DNA of 64,000 bases. Source: Octopus vulgaris. Its lineage: Eukaryota. The notes under the pieces were generated by a model. It did not search any database and was not told where the DNA came from. It saw only the letters and a program-made list of their open reading frames with translations. A program made the translations under genes and the position numbers. Below are positions 13,336 through 27,469 of the stretch, piece after piece (the stretch's first letter is position 1; every line of letters begins with the position of its first letter). Where the stretch lies: the NCBI GenBank assembly GCA_951406725.2, contig OX597826.1, positions 7,068,001 through 7,132,000 on the forward strand, read 5' to 3'.

Positions 13336-14099
13336 CAGACATTGCAGCATTATTTGAAAAGGTGGAAAAATTGTTTCCTTCGATTTTTTTCTTCTTTTCT
13401 TTGAGCATATCGCTATTGCAGCCGAGACTATTTTCTTATTCACTCCTCACTAAAATCGCTCTCACAAAATTCGAATCTGCGTCCAGTGTCATTTGTTTGC
13501 AATATTAAAAAAAAAGAATTATATATATATAAAAAAAAAACTTGTAGAGGTCTTCCCATCAGATTACTTTTATTTGCTTCTCAGTTTAAGCTACTCTGTT
13601 TTGACTGTTTTTTTCCAAAATTATAAGCACATTGCTGCTCCATTGCTACTCTGAAACCAAAATATTTTCTACACTTGAGCTACACATCAAACATGCCATC
13701 AATTCTCTGATGTTACTCTTCTGTTTCGAAACAAGTCTTGTTTCACTAAGCATTTTTAGCAGAAAACTAGTCTACACTCCGTCAATGTTCCGGAAAAACT
13801 GTGAACTTATTCATTCTTTCCTATTTATCGAGACCCAAATTTCGTTTAAGCAAATTATCAAACGGTGACACGGGATTGAAAAACTCCAAGAAAGATAAAG
13901 CCCGTGTGTCGTTCTTGTCAGTCACGTGCTGATATCTTTTGTGAGTAATTTTGAAATCATAACATCATTAATGATTTCAGGCGGGAAAATTTTTAAAGGA
14001 AGACGAAAAGCTCACAAAAAATGATAAATGTGAAATGGTTTGTAATAGAGTTGTTTTTTAACACAAGTCTATGAAGAGGTATTATCTATGAATATTTCC

Positions 14100-14640
14100 A
14101 TCGTTTCAAGCCTTTTAATGGTGTATACACATTTAATATGATATGCAGATAAGGATATACATGTATCTTGTTGTTTACAGGAGAGTGCGCTGAGGATTTG
14201 AAGTTGCATGATCAATGCAGAATAGGGTAGTCTTGGAAGTGGTTTACTCGTGACTGACAATTTCTGAATTTTCGTTGGGGAAGCAGCTATAACTAACTTT
14301 ATCTATGTGTCTATTAAATATGTTGTGATATCTAGGTTTTCATAGGAAGTGGATGTCGATTAACGTGAGAATCATCTAGATGTTGATGGTATGTGATGGT
14401 TTGATCTATAAGATATTGTACGGCTACGTCATCTGTGTTCAATACTGGTAATCTTTACATTTAAGTTATATTCATCTTGTGCTCTGTCTAGTGCAATATG
14501 TGGCAGATCTGTTAAAGGTATCTTTGACATAGCTTAAGTTAGAGAAACGTCTACCTATACTATTATCAATCGCTTTGATTTTTGATGCAGGGTAGTTCGA
14601 AAAGTTGTTTATATAGGTACTTTCTGTTACGATGATGTTA
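14100..14640 (-). mobile_element. Decayed Penelope-like element: RT C-terminus/linker to start of GIY-YIG region
   Basis: TYINNFSNYPASKIKAIDNSIGRRFSNLSYVKDTFNRSA, then across frameshifts LIDIHF..YHNIFNRH..KVSYSCFPN, then SCKQQDTC...CVY; these resemble conserved PLE motifs (SNHPPSI..I..RLS; IFNRNT.KVSYSCMPN; CNC..C). Confidence 0.75.
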
Positions 14641-15004
14641 TTAAGGAAAACAAAATTATTAAAATATTGACACAACGTAACCGAAATATCATTATTAAAA
14701 CCAAACTTAAAACAGACAACTACATAGACAACAATATGGATGTCCCTTTCACAATCCTTCCCTAGAATCTATACGACCGAAACTTGGCGAATCTCATATA
14801 TTTATAAAGCCGTTTTATTTCTGTGTATTGCATAACATGCTCAAACCCACTCCATTGGATGTTATGTAACTTCCCTTGTCTAGAACCAAAAATCTTCTAA
14901 CCTACATATTTTATCGCTTATTGTATTTGTTTGTATGCAAGATATGAGCCTACGCAACTAATTAAAAATAAATTATTGTTTTTGTTCTTATCATCATCTA
15001 CCTC

Positions 15005-15005
15005 G

Positions 15006-15039
<34 letters not shown>

Positions 15040-15139
15040 CGATGTCGTTGTGGTTGATTTCTTGTTGCAGCTATTATTATTGCTATCATCATCATTTTCA
15101 TAATCATCGTCTTCGTCATAATCGTCGTCGTCGGCGTCG

Positions 15140-15193
<54 letters not shown>

Positions 15194-15211
15194 CCATTAC
15201 CATTATCATCA

Positions 15212-15248
<37 letters not shown>

Positions 15249-15520
15249 ACAATAAGGCGTGCGCTCTTATTGTGAATTTACATTCGTAAAGACCTACGTC
15301 AATCTTCATACAATTTATTTATCATTTATCATTATTATTATTATCATTATTATTATTACTATTATTATTATTATCATCATCATCATCATCATCATCATTA
15401 TCATTATCATTATTATTGTTGTTGCTGTTATTGCTACAATTGTTGTTGTTGTTGTTGATTATGGTGGTTGTGGTGGTGGTGGGTGTGGTGGTGGTGGAGG
15501 TGGTGCTGTTGTTATTATTA
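15005..15520. repeat. Compound trinucleotide microsatellites (ATT, CAT, GTT, GGT)
   Basis: Direct inspection. Confidence 0.9.
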
Positions 15521-16319
15521 ATTGCTCTTCCAGTTACTGACGAAGTTATTATGAACAACATATATACAATACCAAAAAGAGAAAAAAAAAGAAGATAAAA
15601 AGAAAAAAAGACAAAAGGAAACTCGTCTGTCTGTTCAATGTCGGCAACAGCCTAGCCACGTTGACGTTTAATAGCATTAGCTGAGAACGTACAGTGGGTA
15701 ATTTTAGTTGTTTATTAGTTACTGCGTTGGAGAAAAACTCTTATGACAAGGATATTGTCTATTGGAACCAACTAATAAAATAGATACAAATAATGTTGTA
15801 GAGGAAGTCTTTTAGATCAAATCAAGTTCTGACAATGTAATTAACTAAAACAAAAGTAGAAGAGCTGGAGAATATTATTAGAGTGGAATCAAAGTAAAGA
15901 ATTATTATCTAATTAGAGATTATTAACGTTTGTTCAGAGATAGGTTTAGATAATATTTGTGTTTCCGAATAACATATTTCAAGTAAATATGCGAACAGAA
16001 TGCATATGTGCGCCGTGCCAATGTATGTGCGTGTGCGTGTGTGTGTATGTGTGTGAAGGTGCTTGTGCATGAATGTGTGAGTGAGTGTGTGTGTGCATGT
16101 GCTTATGTGTATGCTTATATGTATGTTCCTATATGTGCGTGTGTGTATATGTATATATAAGTAAATATATATATATTTGTGTGTGTGTGTCTGTGTGTCT
16201 TTGTATATACATGTATTTATGTATATATATGTGTGTGTGTGTTTGTGTACCTGTGTGTTTGTGAATACATATATCCTTACTTGTATGCACACATTTGTAC
16301 ATATATATTTATGTATATA

Positions 16320-16357
<38 letters not shown>

Positions 16358-16362
16358 TATAC

Positions 16363-16422
<60 letters not shown>

Positions 16423-16848
16423 GTGTATATATGGACAAATGTGTGTGTATATATATATATATACACATACATATACATATACATACATAGATGTATGTTT
16501 ACATGTGTACGTGCATATGTTCAAGTATGCGTCTAAGAAAGTGTTTGTGAGTAGAGAGAGAGAGAGAGGAAGGAGAGTAATGAGGGAAAACATACGCAAA
16601 GCGAACTAAAAGGATCCAAAGATGTACAAGTTCGTATGATGTGAAATGCACATATGCAATTAATATACATACATAAGTGTGCGTAATTACACGCGTACAT
16701 AAATGCATGAGTATATGCGTATATACTGTATAAATATATATGTGCGCATGGCATTTCTGTACATGATCATAAGAGTAGAAGCACATTTGTGTGAATATAC
16801 ACATATAGATGTATATATATATATGTGCATGTATGTACACACACACAG

Positions 16849-16881
<33 letters not shown>

Positions 16882-17050
16882 GATAGATATATACATTACA
16901 TCATACGTTAGCTTACACTCGAACAAGATGTGATGATATATATATATGTATATATATATATAACTATATCTATTTATCTACATTTCTATCTACATATATA
17001 TCTATATGTCTGTGTGTGTGTGGGTTCGTATCCATGCATATATATGTGTG

Positions 17051-17088
<38 letters not shown>

Positions 17089-17491
17089 CATACAAGCACG
17101 TATATATATGTGCATGCATATTTGTATGTATATGTATGTCTGTATGAAGACTGTTACGATCGTATTGTTATCTGCGCAGACAGACCTATAATAATATGAA
17201 GATATATGGATATATCAGAGTGGGTTGTGACGTTCACTATGGTTACATAAAAACAATAGCGAGCGAATATAATAATCTCCGGCGCACTCGCGACTCTGTT
17301 TCCGTCAAACACCTATACTCACACGTTCGACCAGAAATACTTACATACACACAAACTGACAGACAGACAGACAGTCAGACAAATACACACACGCACACAT
17401 ACACACACACATACACACACATATGAAGAAAGAGAGGGAGTATGTGAGAGAAAAGTAGGGAGAAAAAGATAGATACACACATATATGAGTT

Positions 17492-17521
<30 letters not shown>

Positions 17522-17529
<8 letters not shown>

Positions 17530-18330
17530 TAAACAGTAAAAATAATTACAGACATGGACAAGAACATGAAACGCCACAGAGACGACACAAGAACCACAGG
17601 ACGGGACATTCGAAGCCCTCAGTCATCAGTCAAGAACCAGATCATCTTAGCAATTTCGGCTGATTAATCTTGAGATTGCTCCGATATGGGCAGCCCGCCA
17701 AGGGAAATCTAAGCCAAGCGCATTAGATCCCCTGGAAGAAAGCTTCGAATGTATACAACACGAGGACGGAAAACGAACGAAGTACACGAACAAAAATACA
17801 GAATACGTGACACCAATAAGAATACAAAAACGTAAAAACAATAACGGTAAAAATAAAAAATAAACAACAAAACAAAACCAGGACGTAGGACAAGGGTCTT
17901 TCGACAGGACGAGTTGAGTATGGGGCTGGCTTATGAAGTTGTGCCTAATGGCCGCAGGGAGACGAACAAATACGTGTTGCTTCGGCGGCTGCTGGAACGA
18001 AAAGAGCGCTCAACAGCGGCTAGCGGTCACGTGAGAACAAAAGACAGGAGAAAGGGACAGATGAAAAGAGAGAGAAGGTGGACGAGGGAGGAGAAGAAAG
18101 AGACAGATCGAGGGGGCTGGAGGTGAGAGAGATAGAGAAACGTAGAAGGGGGGGGGAAGACGGATGGAGAGGGAAAGAATGGAAGGGGAATAAGGGAGGA
18201 GAGAGAGAGAGAGAAAGAGACAGATTAAGAGTCGTATCAATGCTTGAGAAAAAATATACTTATCGTATAAGGACAATTGTGGATACGTAGCCGCCGATTA
18301 TATAGGTAAACAGTAAAAATAATTACAGAC

Positions 18331-18332
<2 letters not shown>
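17522..18332 (-). mobile_element. Non-autonomous PLE-like unit with a ~34-bp terminal direct repeat, embedded in (TA)n
   Basis: TATATAGGTAAACAGTAAAAATAATTACAGACAT at both ends; CT-rich tract and structured 3' region as in 42955-44183. Confidence 0.5.
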
Positions 18333-18361
<29 letters not shown>

Positions 18362-18389
18362 TATATTAGATACAGAGAGAGAGAGACAT

Positions 18390-18428
<39 letters not shown>

Positions 18429-18432
<4 letters not shown>

Positions 18433-18632
18433 AAGAAATGGAGCTGAACGAAGATTTAACAAAATTCATTTTTATTATTTTCTACACATGTTTCAAAAAC
18501 TGCAAAATCCCTAATTCGGAAAGAATAAGGAGTCCATTCTTTCCGAATTAGGGATTTTGCAACTTTTGAAACATGTGTAGAAAATAATAAAAGGAATTTT
18601 GTTAAATCTTCGTTCAGCTCCATTTCTTCCTA
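18429..18632. repeat. Near-perfect long inverted repeat (~98-bp arms, 9-nt loop)
   Basis: 18429-18526 is the reverse complement of 18536-18632 with a few mismatches. Confidence 0.95.
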
Positions 18633-18788
18633 CACTAAATATAGAAAACTTCAAATTTCCGCACTAAGGCACGGGTTTGAGACCCCATGGTCGTAACCTC
18701 AACCGTGATTTTTCTGTTGTGATTTTTGCTACCCAGGTATCGGTTATCATTTGAATAATCCGTAATAAGATAATTCATTTATCTACTT

Positions 18789-18875
<87 letters not shown>

Positions 18876-18980
18876 GGTAGAGGGTGTTTATTGTATATAA
18901 TAAATTTGTATATAGAAGCATGGCTGTCACACGAGAAGTTTTCATTCCCACACAATAGTTCCTGCGAGTGGCATATATAT

Positions 18981-19017
<37 letters not shown>

Positions 19018-19295
19018 CATGTATGTATATATAAATTATTAAGGACCATATTTGCAATTCTCAGTCGAAAGGCACAAGTATAGCCATCACTGAGGGTTAT
19101 AGTCAGCACCATCATTGCTAGAAATCAGAGTCAAAACACGTCTTAGCCACCTGCATGCACTTATCTCATGGCTGACAAGGGAGACGAGCTCCCCACGGCA
19201 ACCGAGATGGACTCATATCATCGATGATTTCAGATTTGTTTAATCTTCAATCAGTGACCCGTTACTCCGTCTCGCTGTTAGATAGATAGGTAGAC

Positions 19296-19346
<51 letters not shown>

Positions 19347-19355
19347 CAGACAGGC

Positions 19356-19415
<60 letters not shown>

Positions 19416-19817
19416 GCATATTTGTATGTATATATGTGTGTGTGTGTGCGCGTCGGTTAGAATTTCCTAAGATTGCATTTTCATTTCTGAATCAACTGAG
19501 TTATCTGCCCATCGATTTAGCCCCTATGTAGCTGTGTATTCTATAACCTCGTTCACCGTTAAGGCAAGTCAGAGTGACGCAGCTGGTGACAAGGGTAGAT
19601 CTAAAGAGATGCCACATGATTTCCGTCTTCCCAATTTCGTTTCCATAATTCGTGTCAACCTGAGGCATTATTAAAAGATATTTGACCAGGACACCACGCA
19701 GTAGGATGGAACACGAGAACGCGGAATTGCAAAAGGAACTTCTTAAGACACACTAAAATTGAAACGTACGCGCACACGCACACTTAGATAGAGATAGATA
19801 GATAGATAGATAGATAT

Positions 19818-19874
<57 letters not shown>

Positions 19875-19916
19875 CAGACAAAGAGGAAGAGGGAGAGAGA
19901 GATATCTGTGTATATT

Positions 19917-19950
<34 letters not shown>

Positions 19951-20203
19951 TACGTATATGTACATACCTACATATATATGTATATATACATGCATATGTG
20001 GGTACGGGACGTCAAAAAAACGTCAACAAAACGAGAACATAAAACAAAACAAAAACATGGAATTCAAACTTTTTTTCGAACGAAGAACGAAACAATTAGG
20101 GAAACGAGACATGCAACATAAAGAACAATTCATTCATCAGTTGTCCCCTATTTTATCTACTCCGCGTTCCGAACGTTGGAACCCGAAAAAAGTTCGTTTT
20201 CCA

Positions 20204-20423
20204 TACTCTCTACTCTTTTACTTGTTTCAGTCATTTGACTGCGGTCATGCTGGAGCACCGCCTTTAATCGAGCAACTCGACCCCGGGACTTATTCTTCTG
20301 GTAAGCCCCAGTACTTATTCTATCGGTCTCTTTTTGCCGAACCGCTAAGTATCTGGGACACAAACACACCAGCATCGGTTGTCAAGCAATGCTAGGGGGA
20401 CAAACACAGACACAAAAACATAG

Positions 20424-20464
<41 letters not shown>

Positions 20465-20636
20465 CATATATACGACGGGCTTCTTTTCAGTTTCCGTCTA
20501 CCAAATCCACTCACAAGGCTTTGGTCGGCCCGTGGCTATAGCAGAAGACACTTGACCAAGATGCCACGCAGTGGGACTGAACCCGGAACCATGTGGTTCA
20601 TTAGCAAGCTACTTACCACACAGCCACTCCTGCGCC
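20204..20636 (-). mobile_element. SINE family B, full length
   Basis: Reverse complement of the family consensus, central (TA)n. Confidence 0.9.
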
Positions 20637-20854
20637 ATGTTTTTGCTTTTTATTTTCTCATTTTTCATTTTGTTCACCCTTTTTTGATGTCCTGTACCGA
20701 TATATACTTGTATATATACATACATATAAGTTGCTATGTACATATATGTATGTATATATGCATATATATATATTATTTATATTATTTTTATATGATCGAA
20801 CCTCAGACATCCATATTTCCAAGTAAGTTTTCTCTCTCTCTCTCTCTCTCTCTC

Positions 20855-20893
<39 letters not shown>

Positions 20894-20968
20894 ATATTTA
20901 TATATATTCACGTATTTATGTATATATACTAATATGTATATATATTTATACATACATATATATATACA

Positions 20969-21045
<77 letters not shown>

Positions 21046-21609
21046 GCATATATATGGCAGATGTTGTATGTGTCCGTGTGTAGATATTTATGAGAAATAT
21101 GAGTGAAGATATATGTGTGAAGAATACTCAAATTAGAATAAGTTATGACTATTTTGAAGGTATCAAATAAAATTTTAAAAGCTTATTTACATAGCAAAAG
21201 AAAACTTACTAACTTTGCTATTTACACTGTTATAACATGTGCTATCGTGATACTAATCCGAGTCTAGACAGCTCCAGATATATTGCGACATGTTAGAATT
21301 TTAATATGCGTCTCTTGTTGTATACTAATCTGACATCAAACGACTATACATAGCATAAAGATGATATGATAAAGACATTCTAGAATGTCATGGAGCACTT
21401 TAGGTAGTTTAGTTATGTATTCTGACTCCTACCATTCTACCATTTCGGTTCAAAAGATGGTTTTGCACGTTTCCTTGTGCATTGTGGTCTCCCAAGAATC
21501 GAGACTAAATTTGGTACAAGTAAATTTTAAACATCAAATAAGTGTAAATAAAAAAGAAATGAAATAACGGAGAGACTGATAGAAAATAAGACAATCATGA
21601 TGGCCAATT

Positions 21610-21930
21610 CTAAGAACGGGTTTTAATCCAGGTGTTGCAATCAACGGAATAACCTGCTCGTGAAATTAAGATATAAGTGACTGAGCACTCAACGAACTCG
21701 CGTACCATTAACGGTAGTTCTCGCGCTGAATCACGAAATTCTGTGTGACACAGAATGCGAAGAAGCTGGTCCTGTGAATTACAGGTACAACTCATTTTTA
21801 ACACCTGAGTGGACTTGAACAACGTGAAATTAAGTGTCTTGCTCAAGGACACAATGTGCTGCCAGAAATCGAACTCACAGCCTTACGACTGTTTGCTGAA
21901 TACTCTAACCACCAAGCCATGCACCTTCAC
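21610..21930 (-). mobile_element. Old SINE A-related copy
   Basis: tRNA-like head at ~21860-21928 (minus) and body similar to 35990-36080. Confidence 0.55.
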
Positions 21931-22104
21931 TGAACAAATCAGGGCATCAGAAATTGACGGCATACATCAGCATGCCACCACAACTAGACATATTTATACG
22001 TCTGCAATTATGTGAAAGACCACAGGTATGGAGTATTTTCTGAAATATTACTGCAAATAAAACATCACTATTCTCAAATCTATGGTTCCAAAGCCCAACC
22101 AAAT

Positions 22105-22260
22105 TACAGAGCAACCTCGGTTATCGACCATAATTTGTTCTGAATGTCTGTTCAAAGACCGAATTGTTTGAGAACCGAATCATTTCCCCCCATTGCTATT
22201 AATGTAAAAGAGATTAATTCGTTTCCAAGCACCAGATGAATGCTTATTTACATGCTTCAA
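22105..22260 (+). mobile_element. Tigger/pogo-like DNA transposon end
   Basis: TACAGAGCAACCTCGGTTATCGAC...CCCATTGCTATTAATGTAAAAGAGATTAATTCGTTTCCAAGCACC resembles Tigger7/MER44-type ends (recalled pattern). Confidence 0.5.
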
Positions 22261-22337
22261 ATATATATCATAGTATAAAAGCGTTTATTCAAACTATAAA
22301 ATAATACACAAAAGTGTGTACATGTGTGTGTGTGTGT

Positions 22338-22422
22338 GGAGGCGCAATGGCTCAGTAGTTAGGGCAGCGAACTCGCGGTCGTAGGATCGTGGTCTCGATT
22401 CCCAGACCGGGAGTTGTGAGTG
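22338..22422 (+). mobile_element. SINE A head only
   Basis: GGAGGCGCAATGGCTCAGTAGTTAGGGCAGCG...TCGATTCCCAGACCGGG. Confidence 0.8.
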
Positions 22423-23969
22423 TCTTGCTAGTTTTTCGGAGTAGTAAGACTTGTTCATCACCACTGTAGCATTTCCCTTGTCTGTGTGTATTTCCTTCGT
22501 ATGTGTGTATATGTATGTATATATATATATATATAATATGTATATATATAATTGCTGTGTGAGTGTATAGTGAAGTCACAAATCACGCTTTCGAAAACAT
22601 TTAGAATTTCAATTAAAAACTGTTGACCACACCCATACAACTATCCTTTAATGAACACAAAAGAACAAATACTGGAAATGCAATTATAATTTTTACTGAA
22701 GAGAGTCAAAAACATCTGGTCTTTCAATTAAAACCTTGACCAATTCAAATACAAAAATTCATTTTCCTTCCCCAGCTTAAAAGGCCACTAATTACCAAAC
22801 AAACAAGTCTGACCATACCAATATAAAATCCGCGCCTCCTCAAAAAAATGTTTTCTTCCTTCTTCTCCCTGGCTTGGCACATCCCAAATAATTCTTTATA
22901 TGTATCAAAAAGGCCAAGAAATCTAACTTTGAACAATATTTTGATAAATCTGATAACGGAAGAAAGCACCAAAAAAGTTAAATAAAATGTAAATAAATAA
23001 AATATATATATAATCATCCAACAATCTGATTACCTAATTATTTTAAATATATGTGCATACACACGCGCGCACGCACACATACACACACACACACATATAT
23101 ATGCATATATATATATATGTGTGTGCGTGTGTGTGTGAGTAGGTTATAAGAGATAATGGCGTCATTGAGACCCAAAGGTGTCAGGTAATGCTGAATAAGT
23201 GCTATAGACAGACCAGAGTTAAGTTCCAGATTCGGTAATATTGCGAATAAGGGGTTCACCTTTAGTTCTACGTCAGCGTGTGCAGATAAGAGTTTTTTGC
23301 GTAATGAGATATATAAACTTACTGTATATATAAACTTACTGTTTATAAAGACCGGTGTGGGTGCGTACTGTTACTTAATAAGCAAAACAGTTTGATATTA
23401 AATAAACAACGACAGATAAAAAAGGTATACGTGTACAACCAAACGGGAGACAGTCACTGGGGGTCTCTAATTCTTCATCAGTTATCAACCAAATGGTAAT
23501 ACTCAGTTTCGCACCATTGATAATAAGACCGAGGACTTCCCATATTGGCGGTGTCTGCGAAAGTCGCAGAGAATAAAGGGCCTCAAGCAAACAAAAGAAA
23601 ACAATGTAGTATAAGACGATGGGCAGAGATGGCCTTTGGGTCAAAAAGAGAAGAATGGCGGGTAACTCTTAGAAGAAATATTGAAGGATGGCCTGTGTGA
23701 AAAAAGAACAGAATTAATTGAACCTGGTCACGGGTCACATGTCAGCAGCTGGTAGAGCAGAAATGGAGTGAGAGCACGACAGAGAGAAAATAGGGGAAAC
23801 TATGGAGGGAGGGGAGGGAAAGAGAAAGGGTATACATACAAGTGAGAGTAAAAAGGGAAAGTGGAGAGGCTAGAAATAGAAACAAGAGAAAAGGAGGAAT
23901 GAAGGCAAGTGTAGTGTTACACATATATAAATTTTAAAATATACTGTTAATTAAAGGTGTGTGTATATG

Positions 23970-24001
<32 letters not shown>

Positions 24002-24160
24002 CAGTTGAGTGTTACAAGAAGGTACCAATATTTACTGGAAATAGCAGTCGATACAAATACGATGCTATTGCAAAGCTTCACTGCGTATATACAATAGCGT
24101 CGTACTTGTATCGACTCCTATTGCCAGAAAATATTGGTGTCTTCTTGTACCACTTAACTG
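24002..24160. mobile_element. Palindromic Tc1/mariner-superfamily MITE with TA TSD
   Basis: TA|CAGTTGAGTGTTACAAGAAG ... CTTCTTGTACCACTTAACTG|TA; arms complementary almost to the centre. Confidence 0.75.
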
Positions 24161-24237
24161 TATTTATATTTTTACTTCTACCCATATGGGGCCTCATTTT
24201 ACTGGAAAGTAATACATTTATTCATATATATATATAT

Positions 24238-24613
24238 AATTTAGAGGATTGACCACTAAAAGTGGACACCCTGTATGCTAGATATAGACGTCAAAATCGC
24301 CATTTTCCACGGAGAATAGATTTCGGTCGAGTGCCCCGTGTCTAGTTCTAGAAATTGTGTTTCGTAAACGACAGACTATGCATATGATCTTGCAGATGTT
24401 TATGTATTCATATACGTAAATTATTAAGTGAAACTAATTAGTACATAGGTAATCGTTTTTAATTTCGTATATTTTCATTTGTCTTGCTTATTTTTACGTT
24501 TTGGATTTTTGCTGATTTTTTTCTTGAGAACACATTCTCCGTGGAAAATGGCGATTTTGACGTCTATATCTAGCATACAGGCTGTCCACTTTTAGTGGTC
24601 AATCCTCTAAATT
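24238..24613. repeat. 80-bp inverted repeat with a ~215-bp spacer, between TA tracts
   Basis: 24238-24317 vs 24534-24613, one mismatch; the right arm continues to ~24710 then (TA)n. Confidence 0.9.
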
Positions 24614-27469
24614 TTGTATGTGAAAAAATTTTAATCTTCGGATATTTTAAAATATTCTAGGCCACTGGTTTTAATTGATTAATATCAATTTCTACCCTTA
24701 TTCAATTTTATATATATATATATATATATACATATATATACAGTTTATTCTGTTACACTCACACATTGGAACGTAGGTGTAAAAAAAAAGCTCGTAGTAT
24801 GAGTTTCGCGAGAGATGCACGGGTACTCTCTTATCCCTGCGACAATTTGAAATGGCCTGAGCGAAATGTACAACTAGTCATTATTGTTCTCTAAATTAAT
24901 GATATTTGCGTGGTGGCATGATGTATGCATGTGCTTGTGTGTGTTTGTGTATGTGTGTTTGCGCGTGTGCGTGTGTGCGTGTGTAATTACTTTTAATATC
25001 GTGCAAATGCGAAATGAAATGTTAAGAAATTACCCCGACTTTCTTAATGAATTAATTACATTAGGGTAATTAAGGAATATTCCCAGAATCCTATTTGGTA
25101 CAAGTAATCATACACAGCCTCATACCCTCAAAATGTCATCCGACATATTGACAAGATTCTTCTGTAATATCAACCCTCAAACCTTCCAAATATTCTTTCT
25201 CTCCCTTCCACCGCACTTCTTTCTCTTTCACTCCCCCTATCTCTCTCTCTCTAACTCACCGCCTTTTTCTGACACAACTAGTTTCTACACCTCGAAGTCG
25301 GTTGATCTTCTTTAACCTCCACTTAGTTACCCCCGACTCAATTATCTCTATTCTCCTCACCCCCGTTTACCTTTTCCTATCTCCGAACACCACTCTATCC
25401 CAAAACCCATTCCTTGCACCCCAGAATATCGCCCTCTGGAATCATTTAACTATCACCTTATAAATGTTCAACAGAAAATTAACTACATGTATTTTTACAG
25501 AGAGCCTTCATACATTAGTGAGAAGTTACGTGGTTTCGTGGTTAAGGGTGTTGCACTCATGATCGAAAGATAGTAGTTTCGATTCTTGGACCAGGCGATG
25601 AGATGTGTTCTTGAGTAAAGCGCTTCATTTCACGTTGCTCCAATCAACTCAGCTGGCAAAAATGAGTAATCCTAATCGGGCCGGCGTCAGGTCCCAGGGT
25701 GAATATATGCGCCACAGAACCCAGGAAACCAACATTGTAAACCCAAACTATATGAAGGACCTTTGATTTAGCATAAATTAGTATAATGTGCTTCGTCGGA
25801 AAGGGAATTTCAACGTTTCGTTTAGTGCCCTTTTTCGGAAAAAAAGAAAAGAAGGTAGATGTATATCTGTTGACTGTAAACGAATTTGAAGAGTGTTTAG
25901 CGGTTTCACAGATCATCAGTAACTCCACTTTGGCATCTAACCGATGAACAAAGATCTTCAATCGATTCTCTTTTCGACCATACTACATATAAAATTACAT
26001 GATCCAATGTGCCTCTATTATTATTATATAGTGTACAAAGGCGTTGAGCTGGCAGAATCATTAACGCGACATTTTATCCGTCTTTACATTCTGAGCGCAA
26101 CTTCCGCTGCGGTCGACTTTGTCATTCATCTTTCCGGAATCGATAAAATAAATACCAATTGGGCACTGAAATCGATGTAATCGACTGACACGCTGCCCCG
26201 AAATTGCTGGTCTTGTGCCAAAAAATTGAAACCTTTGTTATATAGTTTACAATTAGAGGTGGATTTGGCTGCTAATTCTAGCATGTCAGATGAGCTGGTG
26301 GAAATGTCATACATACACCCAACTCCTGTACGGGACTTTATTTATATATATATATTTATCTATTGAACTAGTTATATACATAGCATGTACGATGTTCTTG
26401 TTGTTACTGGTACTGCTCTTGTTGACCTAAGTTGACATTAATTTAGCAGACCTATGTTTAAAGATGGCGAAACCAATGACTATCTCGTCTTCTTTACATG
26501 AATGGTGTACACTCGTAGAATTGAATACGTGACGCAAAAGTGTTTATATTTTTCAAGATTTAATATTCTATTCATATTATTATGAAATGCTTGAATGCTA
26601 AATATTCTAATTTTTGTTTCCATTTGCTAATTGCTAGGTTTCATCTTTCCTTCAAAATGCCAAAAAAACATTACTTTTGCTCGTATATCAGATATCACGT
26701 AGAATTCTAATAAAAAGAAAGAAGCCCAGAGTAACTCAGTCTTGACGTGTGTCTACATCAATCCCTCTTCTTCACAAACGCTTCCCTACGAAACTAAATC
26801 AAAGAATGTTAATTATGTAATTTGAGTTATGACAGCCAGAAAAGTAACAAAAAATTATGCGCAATACGATTTATACAGTTGAACTGTGATTTCGTTTTTA
26901 ATAGGAAAAAGGCGCCAATGGTAGGAGATAAAAACCGCTGGTTATGTGACCGTAATACTCAGTCTAGTCTCGTTGGAAGCTCCGTGATCTGTGGACGAGT
27001 TAATGGAAGGATTACTAAAAGCAAAATCCTGGAAGTACAGCAGAGATTTTTATCAAATATAATGAATATCAAACATTAATTGGTAAACGGATGGCTCCAA
27101 AGATCTCCTCATAAATATGGTAACTGATTTTTGCTTTACTTCTAAGAATCTTCACTTTGATGAGACGCCGTACATGCTACACTGCATGTTACATATAAAT
27201 ATATTTATAACTATCAAAAGATCACTGCGGGTGGTTTTTTTGAGTTTTTTTTTTTTTTTTTTTTTTCTTATTTACCTTTAATCTTCCATCTTTCATTTGT
27301 TTCACTCTTTAGACATAATAGGGCACCGCCTTGAAGAATTTTTTTTCAATAGAAACATTAACGACAGCAATTTCAATAGTCTAGATGGGTCAGCGAACGC
27401 TGTGGACACTGCTTTTTTCCTCCAGACCCAGAAAAGCTAAGAAAAAATTATATCTTTTGGTTTTTCATT

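Noticed and set aside
20120-20175. Minus-strand GGAACGCG...CTGATGA hammerhead fragments
   Set aside because: Probably a PLE-related end, but no complete set of stems could be built
22745-23017. GIY-YIG endonuclease (FYIG motif in ORF)
   Set aside because: No upstream GIY/VY motif or downstream R..EH; likely chance
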